Assembly: GCA_016839815.1 (NCBI GenBank)
Contig: JAEOTM010000046.1
Coordinates: forward strand, 1 to 23,530
Direction: 5' to 3'
Length of the DNA stretch: 23,530 nucleotides
Origin: Candidatus Hodarchaeota archaeon
GTDB taxonomy: Archaea > Asgardarchaeota > Heimdallarchaeia > Hodarchaeales > Hodarchaeaceae
Part shown: positions 9,725 to 17,868 of the stretch, one piece after another
How the letters are laid out: the number at the start of each line of letters is the position of its first letter
How positions within the stretch are numbered: position 1 is the stretch's first letter
Notes under the pieces: model-generated
What the model saw: the letters and a program-made list of their open reading frames with translations, nothing else
Told to the model about the DNA's origin: nothing
Database searches by the model: none
Translations under genes and position numbers: made by a program

Positions 9725-10480
9725 ATGACTGACAAGGAAAAAGAGATGCCTCACAAACTTACCGAGAAAGATATGGTTGTTATTATTCCAGCTCATAATG
9801 AGGAAGAGACTCTACCATCCTTAATACGTCTTATCCAGTCCAAGATATCTTCAACAATTCTAGTTGTTAATAATGCCTCAAGCGATCAGACTGGCGCTAT
9901 TGCACATAATGCAGGGGCCATAGTTGTACATGAAAAACGTTTAGGCTATGGCAATGCTTGTTTGGCCGGAATTAACTATTTAACATCTCTTTCTGACAAA
10001 CCAAAGGTTATCTGCTTTTTTGATGGAGATGGTCAGAGTTTAGTAGATGACATTCCAAAAGTAGGAAAATCTGTCTTTCAGGGCAAAGCTGATTATTGCC
10101 AAGGGTCTAGAATGATCCTAAAATCGTCGAAAAATAGTTTAGAAACGTTAGCTCGCGTAGCTAATCACTTCTTTTCACTACTACTGTCTTTTACTTATCA
10201 CCAACGTATCACAGATTTAGGTCCACTCCGTATTATCACTTGGAAAGCATTACAAAAACTAGAAATGACTACCCCAAGTTACGGATGGACCATGGAAATG
10301 TCTGCAAAAATAATGAAATCAGGTTTGAGACATACTGAGGTCTCAGTAAATTACATTAGGCGCAAAAAGGGAAAAAGTAAAATTTCTGGAAATATCACTA
10401 GTGCTTTCAGAGCTGCCTTAGTTATGTCTTCTACTTATCTCAGGATTCTATTTTTCTGGAGGCCTACTCATAGTGTCTGA
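9725..10480 (+). CDS. GT2 glycosyltransferase, polyprenol-phosphate sugar synthase (DPM1)-like
   Basis: IIPAHNEE, VVNNASSD, GYGNAC, FDGDG, GSR, TDLGPLR, RRKKGKSK. The start could be 9713, 9725 or 9746. Confidence 0.9.
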   Translation: MTDKEKEMPHKLTEKDMVVIIPAHNEEETLPSLIRLIQSKISSTILVVNNASSDQTGAIAHNAGAIVVHEKRLGYGNACLAGINYLTSLSDKPKVICFFDGDGQSLVDDIPKVGKSVFQGKADYCQGSRMILKSSKNSLETLARVANHFFSLLLSFTYHQRITDLGPLRIITWKALQKLEMTTPSYGWTMEMSAKIMKSGLRHTEVSVNYIRRKKGKSKISGNITSAFRAALVMSSTYLRILFFWRPTHSV

Positions 10481-11234
10481 CAATTCCACTGGGATAATTG
10501 TATTTACAAAAGTTCCTCAATCTGGATTGGTAAAAACTCGAATCCAACAGCCACTTCTTTCTCCTGAGTTCCCCTCCATATTACAAACTGCCATGTTATT
10601 AGATACGATAAAAGGATTAAAATTCATTCCAGAAAAAATCTCTCCTGTAGTCACATATCACCCAGAACAGGCAAAATCAACATTTGAAAAACTGATCATT
10701 AAACCCTTAGTCAAAGATGATCCAAAATTTGTATCCACACTTAAATTTGTCCCACAGAGCGGAGAAACTTTTACTGATCGTTTTCATAATTCTTTTCAGC
10801 ATGTTTTTCACAATCTCAAATTATCTTCTGCTTTAATTATTGGTTCAGATACACCACATCTTCAACCAACTCTTTTACAAACAGCGATCAAAATATTACA
10901 ATCTGATCCACTCAGATCAGTTCTTGGGCCCTCTCAAAATCAAGGATTCTACTTACTAGGACATAATGTTCCAAGTATTGATGGAATTGGGCAAATCTTT
11001 GAAGAGAACTCCCCTTATGGAGAATTGGGTAATGCCATGGATCTTCTTTTAAATTATACAAATGTACATATATTACCCGAAGTAAGTGATATAGATGAAT
11101 TTGAAGATTTAAAATCCGTGGCATCTATAATAAGACTTTTATCGCTGAATTATGAAAGGGGAAAGGAAGTTTATTTACCTGAACATACATTCAATTTGAT
11201 AAACACATTAGACACCACAATCTGGGATTCCTAG
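10473..11234 (+). CDS. DUF2064 / TIGR04282-like GT-A fold transferase (CofC-related fold)
   Basis: FTKVPQSGLVKTR, PQSGETF, IIGSDTP, VLGPSQNQGFYLLG and DIDEFEDL. GTG start overlaps the GT2 stop. Confidence 0.88.
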   Translation: MSDNSTGIIVFTKVPQSGLVKTRIQQPLLSPEFPSILQTAMLLDTIKGLKFIPEKISPVVTYHPEQAKSTFEKLIIKPLVKDDPKFVSTLKFVPQSGETFTDRFHNSFQHVFHNLKLSSALIIGSDTPHLQPTLLQTAIKILQSDPLRSVLGPSQNQGFYLLGHNVPSIDGIGQIFEENSPYGELGNAMDLLLNYTNVHILPEVSDIDEFEDLKSVASIIRLLSLNYERGKEVYLPEHTFNLINTLDTTIWDS

Positions 11235-11276
11235 GAGCTTCTCCTAAAGAATAATAGAATAAAGGTAAGGAGAAGA

Positions 11277-11528
11277 TCATAGAAATAGATCAAAAAGAAT
11301 CAGGAATATCGAGAAGGCGAAAAGTAATGCTCCTATAATTAGAATATCCTCAAATGTTCTTATTGAGTATGTATTATGCTTATTTAACGGTTTAACCTTC
11401 CTGATTAAACCTTCTGATTCTGGAATCTTTTGTTTCATTCTTAATTTTCTAATATCTGTTTTTTCGATACCAACTGCTTTTTGTACTGGTTCTTTTTCAG
11501 TGGAATAGTTTTCAATCATTTTTTTCAC
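11277..11528 (-). CDS. Small protein with a single C-terminal TM helix
   Basis: Basic soluble N-terminus and hydrophobic tail ILIIGALLFAFSIFLILFDLFL. A TATA-like box and a palindrome lie upstream. Confidence 0.5.
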   Translation of the reverse strand: MKKMIENYSTEKEPVQKAVGIEKTDIRKLRMKQKIPESEGLIRKVKPLNKHNTYSIRTFEDILIIGALLFAFSIFLILFDLFL

Positions 11529-11574
11529 TCAAAATATCTTATCAAAGACTATATTAGTCTTTCAACTATTAGTT

Positions 11575-11599
11575 TTTAAACTATTCGATTTCCGAATAT
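11575..11599. promoter_or_regulatory. TATA-like box plus imperfect palindrome (copy 2 of the PadR-linked motif)
   Basis: TTTAAACTATTCGATTTCCGAATA closely matches TTTAAACTGTTCGAATTTCGAATA at 13335-13358. Confidence 0.55.
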
Positions 11600-11755
11600 G
11601 TGTTTTGAGAAATCGATTTAAAAATGTGAATAACTGATAAAGAAGGTGAGAAACTGATTGAAACTCATCAAGAAAATCTCATCTTAATCTAGATACTGGA
11701 ATTCGGCTAGAACCAAATCCCGATCCATCTCAAATCAATTAAATCTTCATTTGAA

Positions 11756-12913
11756 CTATTTAGTAAAATTTTTTACGGTTTGATTCCATGAAAAATAGTA
11801 TAGCAGATAAAAACTATTTAATAGCAACAAAAGACTAAGATAAACAGCAATCCAAGCTGGTAAGCCAAAAACAGTCCAAAACATTAGTTCTCCCCACAAT
11901 CCATATACTCCAATCAAAAGGATCAAACCCCCGAGTAAATTTCCGCTTCTAAGTTTCTTCATAATTTCAATCTCATAAGAACTAATAAATCTTAATAATA
12001 CAAAGTATGGTACATCAGAGGGTACTTGGATTATATTCCATCTATAGAGAAAGAAAAAAGAAATTAAACTTAGAATCAGTAACAATATACTCATAGTAGC
12101 GAATTCATCTCGTGAAACATCTAAAGGGGAGTAAATGAAAAATAACCACACAGCTATAAGTGATAATACTAACCCCAGCGAGAAATACTTTCTATATTGT
12201 ACTAACTGGATTTCATAGCGATAATTCTTTCGTACTTTCTTATGATAAAATCGCTTAATCGAAAATCCGATTACTAATCCAAGTATTAGTGCTGGAATAA
12301 GCATACCTGAAGCAACACCATGCAATCTGTTGAATAAATTAGGGATTTTGATCAAATCTGGTTCTGCAAAAGTAGAGAACTGAATATTGATTAAAGCAAT
12401 TCCTAGAATAAGACTGACTAAGTACGATAAACAAAAAATCGCGATGTATGAATATTCAATTAATTCGAGTGGAAAGAATTCCTCACTTTTTCTTATAGAA
12501 CCACTAAGGTTTCGACCACAATTATCACAGAACCTAGCATCACTATCATTTGGCCAATTACAGAATGCACATACATTTGATTTGTCTATTTCAGATCTTG
12601 AAATGACTTCAGAATGAACTACTTGGTCAAAACTCACGTCCATTGCCTGTAATATTTCACTAGGAGAGCCTATATCTTTTAGCAAACCTATAGCATCATC
12701 AAAAGTTATTTTTGATTTATCTACAAAATTCTCAACAAATTCTTCAATGTACTCAACAATCCCTGTAATGACCTTTGTTTGATCATCTGAATTAATATCC
12801 AGTGAAGACATTTTCTTCTGAAAATTAAACAAGAAAGATTCAATTAATTGCCATGCGTCAGTAGTAAAGTAATTTGATAAAGATTGAAAAGAATCCTGAT
12901 TAAGAATACTCAT
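11756..12913 (-). CDS. HAAS-like domain + zinc ribbon + multi-TM membrane protein (PadR partner)
   Basis: Helical N-terminus ending LLKDIGSPSEIL (HAAS-type GxP motif), then CAFC...FCDNCG and about 6 TM helices. Starts 11 bp after the padR stop. Confidence 0.7.
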   Translation of the reverse strand: MSILNQDSFQSLSNYFTTDAWQLIESFLFNFQKKMSSLDINSDDQTKVITGIVEYIEEFVENFVDKSKITFDDAIGLLKDIGSPSEILQAMDVSFDQVVHSEVISRSEIDKSNVCAFCNWPNDSDARFCDNCGRNLSGSIRKSEEFFPLELIEYSYIAIFCLSYLVSLILGIALINIQFSTFAEPDLIKIPNLFNRLHGVASGMLIPALILGLVIGFSIKRFYHKKVRKNYRYEIQLVQYRKYFSLGLVLSLIAVWLFFIYSPLDVSRDEFATMSILLLILSLISFFFLYRWNIIQVPSDVPYFVLLRFISSYEIEIMKKLRSGNLLGGLILLIGVYGLWGELMFWTVFGLPAWIAVYLSLLLLLNSFYLLYYFSWNQTVKNFTK

Positions 12914-12924
12914 TTTAATTCCTC

Positions 12925-13302
12925 TTATTCATCCTGTAAAAGGAGATTGATAATATGTTGAAGTTCCAACCAATCTCTTCTTTTTTTGTTTAATTGTTGC
13001 ATTCCCTTTTCAGTCAGAGAATAAACCGATCTCTGACGTGTTACACCTACAGATCGAGAGGGGGTGTCTTCTATTCTTTTTACTAAATACCCCTTTTCTT
13101 CTAATTTGTCCATTTGGGGATATATCGTTCCAGCTCTTAATGAAATCATTCCATTTGTCTTTTCCTTAATTATTCTGATGATTTCATATGCACTGTAGAA
13201 TTTTTTTGGCCCTATAACTCTTAATGTTGATAAAATTACTAAAAGTGAGAGATCCTTCCCTATATAGGAATTATAATCTTGATGACTATCGCTCTGACTC
13301 AT
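12925..13302 (-). CDS. PadR family transcriptional regulator
   Basis: AYEII, GTIYPQMDKLEEKGYL and RSVYSLTEKG winged-helix motifs. Confidence 0.92.
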   Translation of the reverse strand: MSQSDSHQDYNSYIGKDLSLLVILSTLRVIGPKKFYSAYEIIRIIKEKTNGMISLRAGTIYPQMDKLEEKGYLVKRIEDTPSRSVGVTRQRSVYSLTEKGMQQLNKKRRDWLELQHIINLLLQDE

Positions 13303-13339
13303 TCACACCAGATTATTCCAAAATTTCTGGGATATTTAA

Positions 13340-13360
13340 ACTGTTCGAATTTCGAATAGT
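13340..13360. promoter_or_regulatory. Near-perfect 21-bp palindrome next to the padR TATA box, probable PadR operator
   Basis: ACTGTTCGAA-T-TTCGAATAGT has one mismatched pair. It is adjacent to TTTAAA, about 33 bp upstream of the padR ATG. Confidence 0.65.
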
Positions 13361-13425
13361 CGAGAATTCTACATTTGACTAGTTAATGTAGAGCTTACAT
13401 TGATAAACTGAAACTAACAAACCAC

Positions 13426-14247
13426 CTAGGTAACGTCAACTAGTGATTCTATCCGTTCAATTGACTCATCAATATTCTTTATATCCTCAATATTAAGCGA
13501 GATAGCATTTTCGGGACATACAAGTACACATCGCCCACACCCACGACATGTATCATTTATAACAGATTTTCCATCAACAATTTTGATCGCTTTTACAAAA
13601 CACACATCAACACAAGTGCCACAACCTATGCAACTCTCATCCACAGTTATCGATACTCCAGGCATTTTATTTATCTTAGCTGCTATCTTTTTAGATACAT
13701 GAGGGAGAATACGCCATAAACAACAGCAATCACAACAATTACATATAGTAAGTAATTTTTCTCCAGGACCTACCTTTAGCCAGACAGTATCAAGTTTATT
13801 CCGTCCGATAAGATGCACCAATCCAGCCTCCCGGCACTTAGCTACATGTTCAAGTGCTTCTTCCCTAGTAACGTTCTTGCCTAGATTTTTGTCAATCTTC
13901 ATGGCCGCTTCTCCCAAGAATAAGCATCCTAACTCAATAGGATAATGATCACACTTTGAAGCTGATCGACAAATACACCAGTCCATTATAAAATGGTAAT
14001 TTGCTTCATTTACAAAATGTTCCACAATTTTTGAAGGAACAACTGTTTCTCCATGCCGTTCTATTGGTTGATTGAGTTGTATTTGAGTTGTACTTTCATC
14101 TTTTGGTAAATATAGGATATCATCCCCATCAAACATCATATAGTCCATAGCTCTCCCTAAGAGGGGAATACGAGTGAACTTAGAAAAGAAAATTCTAAGT
14201 GGAAACCCTTTTTTCAATAACCAAACAAATAACCGTGATCTGGGCAT
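13426..14247 (-). CDS. 4Fe-4S ferredoxin-domain protein
   Basis: CICR...C...C and ICNCCDCCC, plus two C-terminal clusters CIGCGTCVDVC and CRGCGRCVLVCP. Confidence 0.9.
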   Translation of the reverse strand: MPRSRLFVWLLKKGFPLRIFFSKFTRIPLLGRAMDYMMFDGDDILYLPKDESTTQIQLNQPIERHGETVVPSKIVEHFVNEANYHFIMDWCICRSASKCDHYPIELGCLFLGEAAMKIDKNLGKNVTREEALEHVAKCREAGLVHLIGRNKLDTVWLKVGPGEKLLTICNCCDCCCLWRILPHVSKKIAAKINKMPGVSITVDESCIGCGTCVDVCFVKAIKIVDGKSVINDTCRGCGRCVLVCPENAISLNIEDIKNIDESIERIESLVDVT

Positions 14248-14510
14248 CTTCTAAAACCATCTTCCTTGAAAAAATACGAATTGACGGAATCGGTGATGGT
14301 ATATTTATTTCCGCTGTTAATTTCAATATATTACTAAAATCGCAGATTTTCTGAACTAACCGTAGTTATTTTATCTTTTCGTCTTCCGTATGGAATACTT
14401 CTTATTTTTCCAAAATTATGTATATTATAAATAGATCACTTACAGAAAGATTCTGGAGTGGAATGTTTTCTTTCAAATGGAAGCACAGATATTTAGTAAA
14501 GGTGTTTGGT

Positions 14511-15947
14511 ATGCAAATTCCACTTGGGGTTATAATTTGGATGATGAGTGGTTTTTTTTTCTTTCTTAGCTCAAGTTATTATATTCTAGAGATGATTCCG
14601 TCCTATATTCGACACCGTAAGAATTATCTCAATCCAATTTCACCTTCTAATGAAGAGATATTCACTTTACTGAGCCAATCTGGACAACTTTTCCCCTTGA
14701 TAAAATTTCAGATAACTACACGGGGAGACGAAAGAGATGTAGTAAAACGAGGAATTAATAGTATCTATCAGATAACTAAAGATAATCCATTATTTACCTC
14801 AAACATAGAGCTTTTAATTGTAACTGACAATCCTGAAGAAGTTGGTATTTTCACTGACTATTTTAAATCATTAAATATAATATTTCCGTCAGAAGTTTTG
14901 GTAGTTCCCCCAGACTATAATACCCCTAATATGACGTTATACAAAGCACGAAGTCTACAGTATGCGGTAGAATACAGAAAATCGATAAACCCTATAAGAT
15001 CAAATGAGAAGATAAGATCATTTATCTTTTATTTCGATGCTGAATCAACAATTGAAGAGGAAGATTTTCGAAGAATCATCCATACGACTATTAGTTTTCC
15101 AGATAAAAAGATCTTTGAAGGTCCAATTGTGTATCCACACAAATACTTCGAATCTAACGTTTTTAGTCGTCAGATGGAAGCATCTCGTCCATTTAACTGT
15201 CATCACTGTGCTCAGGTGATGAAAAATCCCCCACCTACCCATTTGCACGGTTCAAATCTTCTGGTTGAAGAGGAAATTGTTAATGAGGTTGGGTGGGATT
15301 TTGGACGAGTTGATAATAAACCTATTTTAGCGGAAGACCTAATTTTCGGGCTTAATGCTTATATGAAGTATGGTGGAGGTGTTTTCGGCTGGCATGGAGG
15401 ACGGATATCGGAACAACCACCCTTCACAATTCGATCATCATTTAACGCTAGAATTCGATGGGTGACTGGCGCATGGCAAGCGTTAAAGTTGTTAAATGAT
15501 GTTCCTGATTTCCAAAAACTTTCTCGGCGTCAACAACTCTCCATTAAGCTACGAATCAGACTTCGCATTATGACTCATTCCTTGAGCTTCTTTGCTGCAA
15601 GTTTTGTAATACTAAGTTTAGCCATTTTTCTATTTCCTTCAGTATTCATGGCTTTTCATTTCAATCCGCAGCTCCTTTCCCCCAATTTCAGAACTGCACA
15701 ATTTGTCTTAACTAGACTTATTTTTCTACCTGGGACAATTTTTTGGTTATTTGGAGTATTCATAGGTTCTTTAAAGAACTTAGAATTAATTGAGGGAATT
15801 ACACGAAGAGAGAAGATTGTAGAAATAATAAAACTTTTAATTGTAACACCTCTAGCTGGTCCTATTGAATCATTTAGCGCATTGTACGCTTCAATTAGAT
15901 GGATAATTGGTAAACCGTACAATTCCTGGGCGGTTACATCAAAATAG
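14511..15947 (+). CDS. Membrane GT2 glycosyltransferase, Egghead/BRE-3-like
   Basis: ITTRG, VVPPDY.T...YKARSLQY, FDAES, HGSNL, AEDL and EQPPFT...RIRW, with N- and C-terminal TM helices. ATG 14511 follows AAGGTG, so it is preferred over 14418. Confidence 0.8.
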   Translation: MQIPLGVIIWMMSGFFFFLSSSYYILEMIPSYIRHRKNYLNPISPSNEEIFTLLSQSGQLFPLIKFQITTRGDERDVVKRGINSIYQITKDNPLFTSNIELLIVTDNPEEVGIFTDYFKSLNIIFPSEVLVVPPDYNTPNMTLYKARSLQYAVEYRKSINPIRSNEKIRSFIFYFDAESTIEEEDFRRIIHTTISFPDKKIFEGPIVYPHKYFESNVFSRQMEASRPFNCHHCAQVMKNPPPTHLHGSNLLVEEEIVNEVGWDFGRVDNKPILAEDLIFGLNAYMKYGGGVFGWHGGRISEQPPFTIRSSFNARIRWVTGAWQALKLLNDVPDFQKLSRRQQLSIKLRIRLRIMTHSLSFFAASFVILSLAIFLFPSVFMAFHFNPQLLSPNFRTAQFVLTRLIFLPGTIFWLFGVFIGSLKNLELIEGITRREKIVEIIKLLIVTPLAGPIESFSALYASIRWIIGKPYNSWAVTSK

Positions 15948-15957
15948 GCGAGGATGC

Positions 15958-17325
15958 TTGTTAACTCCTAGAAATCGGAAAAAATCAGATATAGATTTTT
16001 GGACGAGTATGAAAAATTGGTTTGAGTCCCAAGGAACAGTTTTATTATTAGTCGGAGGAATATTTCTGTTTCTTTCAATGGCGTTTCTCATTGTAAAAAC
16101 AGGATTGAATCGATCGCTCATGAGCTTTGAATTATTATTCTTTTTACCTTTTCTTGTATATCTGATCTTACTTTTGTATCTTAATACTTTCAGGATAAAC
16201 TCAATAAGGTACTATAGAGGAGTAGTAATTTCCTTCACAGTTTTAATCCAGCTTCTCATCTTAACTACTGAAATTTCCTTATCAGATGATATATACCGCT
16301 TCCTTCTTGAAGGAAAAATGATTCTAAATGGATTTAATCCTTACATAACATCCATAGATGAAGTTCCTAATGATTTATTACCAAATTTTCTTCCATTAGT
16401 CAACAATAGCCATATTACGTCACCTTATCCTCCCTTAGCATTATTTTTTTTTGCAGTGCTTGTCTGGATTCGGGAAGATCCACTTATCTTTCGAATTACC
16501 TTTTCTGCATCCTTTATTCTTTCGATCATCCTATTGGATAAATTATTAACAGATATAAATAGATGGAAATCAATTATCTTTGCATGGAATCCGTTATTTC
16601 ACCTTGAAATAGCAAATGGATCACATTACGAACCTTTAATTATTTTCTTCATCGTCATTTTTCTCCTTGCTTTAAAGGAGGAAAATAGGGTAGTAGCAAG
16701 TATTGCTCTTTTAGTAACCATACTTTTGAAATACTATACAGTCTTCATTATTCCAATCTTTTGGAAGCATTTGGGGAAGGATGGAAAAAGGATGTTTGGA
16801 TTTGGAATGTTAATATATATAGTATCAGTCTTTCTGTATCCTTCGCAGCTATCAGGGGTGTTTGTCTACGCGGATGAGTGGTATTTTAATGCAAGCATCA
16901 TGTGGATACTTTTTAAGACCACTTCCTCCTTTCTGCTTTCAAAAATAATCTCAGCATTAATTTTTCTTTCATTTCTATTAGTCATAAGTTATGGTGCAAA
17001 TAAATCCGAAAACATTCCATATTATTCAGTGGGCTTGATTATTGGTCTTTTCTTACTTTTTCAACCAACCTTTCATCCTTGGTATCTGTTTTGGTTATTC
17101 CCATTTATTATAATGGACACTAACAGAACACCTTGGAGCTGGATCATTCTTTCTGGGCTAGTAATCTTCTCATACAATGTTTTTATCCAGTTCGATTCAA
17201 GCAGTATATGGTTTGAGTCAGGTTTAATACGTTTAATCCAGTACATACCGTTTTATGTCCTCTTTCTTTTTGAAAACCGAAAAAACCTCACAAACATGAA
17301 AAAGAACATTTTTTCTTTAAAATAG
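15958..17325 (+). CDS. GT-C fold (GT87/DUF2029-like) polyprenol-phosphate-sugar-dependent glycosyltransferase
   Basis: SDDIYRF...G.NPY, SPYPPLA, AWNPL, GSHYE, LLKYY and HPWY motifs, more than 10 TM helices. Probable TTG start 10 bp after the upstream stop. Confidence 0.82.
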   Translation: MLTPRNRKKSDIDFWTSMKNWFESQGTVLLLVGGIFLFLSMAFLIVKTGLNRSLMSFELLFFLPFLVYLILLLYLNTFRINSIRYYRGVVISFTVLIQLLILTTEISLSDDIYRFLLEGKMILNGFNPYITSIDEVPNDLLPNFLPLVNNSHITSPYPPLALFFFAVLVWIREDPLIFRITFSASFILSIILLDKLLTDINRWKSIIFAWNPLFHLEIANGSHYEPLIIFFIVIFLLALKEENRVVASIALLVTILLKYYTVFIIPIFWKHLGKDGKRMFGFGMLIYIVSVFLYPSQLSGVFVYADEWYFNASIMWILFKTTSSFLLSKIISALIFLSFLLVISYGANKSENIPYYSVGLIIGLFLLFQPTFHPWYLFWLFPFIIMDTNRTPWSWIILSGLVIFSYNVFIQFDSSSIWFESGLIRLIQYIPFYVLFLFENRKNLTNMKKNIFSLK

Positions 17326-17355
17326 AAAAAGGAGGAATAATACCCTTAGAATCCG

Positions 17356-17868
17356 TTATATGAGAAACTTAACATATTTTTCGGGAATCTTTTCCTGTAA
17401 CCAGTAGTCTGCACCATACCATCTACCTGCGCTTATTAGAGCACATGTAAGAAACCCTACAAACAAAATTGGTTGTGTCCAAATCCACTCCGCGCCTAAT
17501 GAACCCAAACCAAGTATTACAGTAGAACCTGCTCCAATGAGTGAACCAAGTCTAGTTAAAATTCCGAAAGTAAGTGATAGAGCAATTAGGAGCTCAAAAA
17601 TCATCCAACCAAGTCCGAAAAAGGTAGAGGTTGTAGTATTGGCTATGGCAACTTCTTTAATGATTATATCAAAAGGCGTTTCTATATGTCTAGTAGGTTC
17701 AAGGAAATATTCGATTGTATCTTTAAAACCTGTTGCAGTAAATACTCCTTTTCTAAGATTCTCCATCCATGTTGTCAAAAAAGCTAATCCCAAAGCAACT
17801 CGTAGTATAACAACATATCCCCCTGATATTTTCTGATCATGCATCTTTTGGATTGTTTCACGTGACAT
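17356..17868 (-). CDS. DoxX / DoxD-like membrane protein
   Basis: LRVALG, ELLIALSLTFGILTRL and GRWYGAD motifs, four TM helices. Confidence 0.8.
   Translation of the reverse strand: MSRETIQKMHDQKISGGYVVILRVALGLAFLTTWMENLRKGVFTATGFKDTIEYFLEPTRHIETPFDIIIKEVAIANTTTSTFFGLGWMIFELLIALSLTFGILTRLGSLIGAGSTVILGLGSLGAEWIWTQPILFVGFLTCALISAGRWYGADYWLQEKIPEKYVKFLI

Noticed and set aside
11617-11692. TATA + AGGTGAG RBS + tiny + strand ORF
   Set aside because: Candidate frames close within 9-12 codons with no recognisable similarity.
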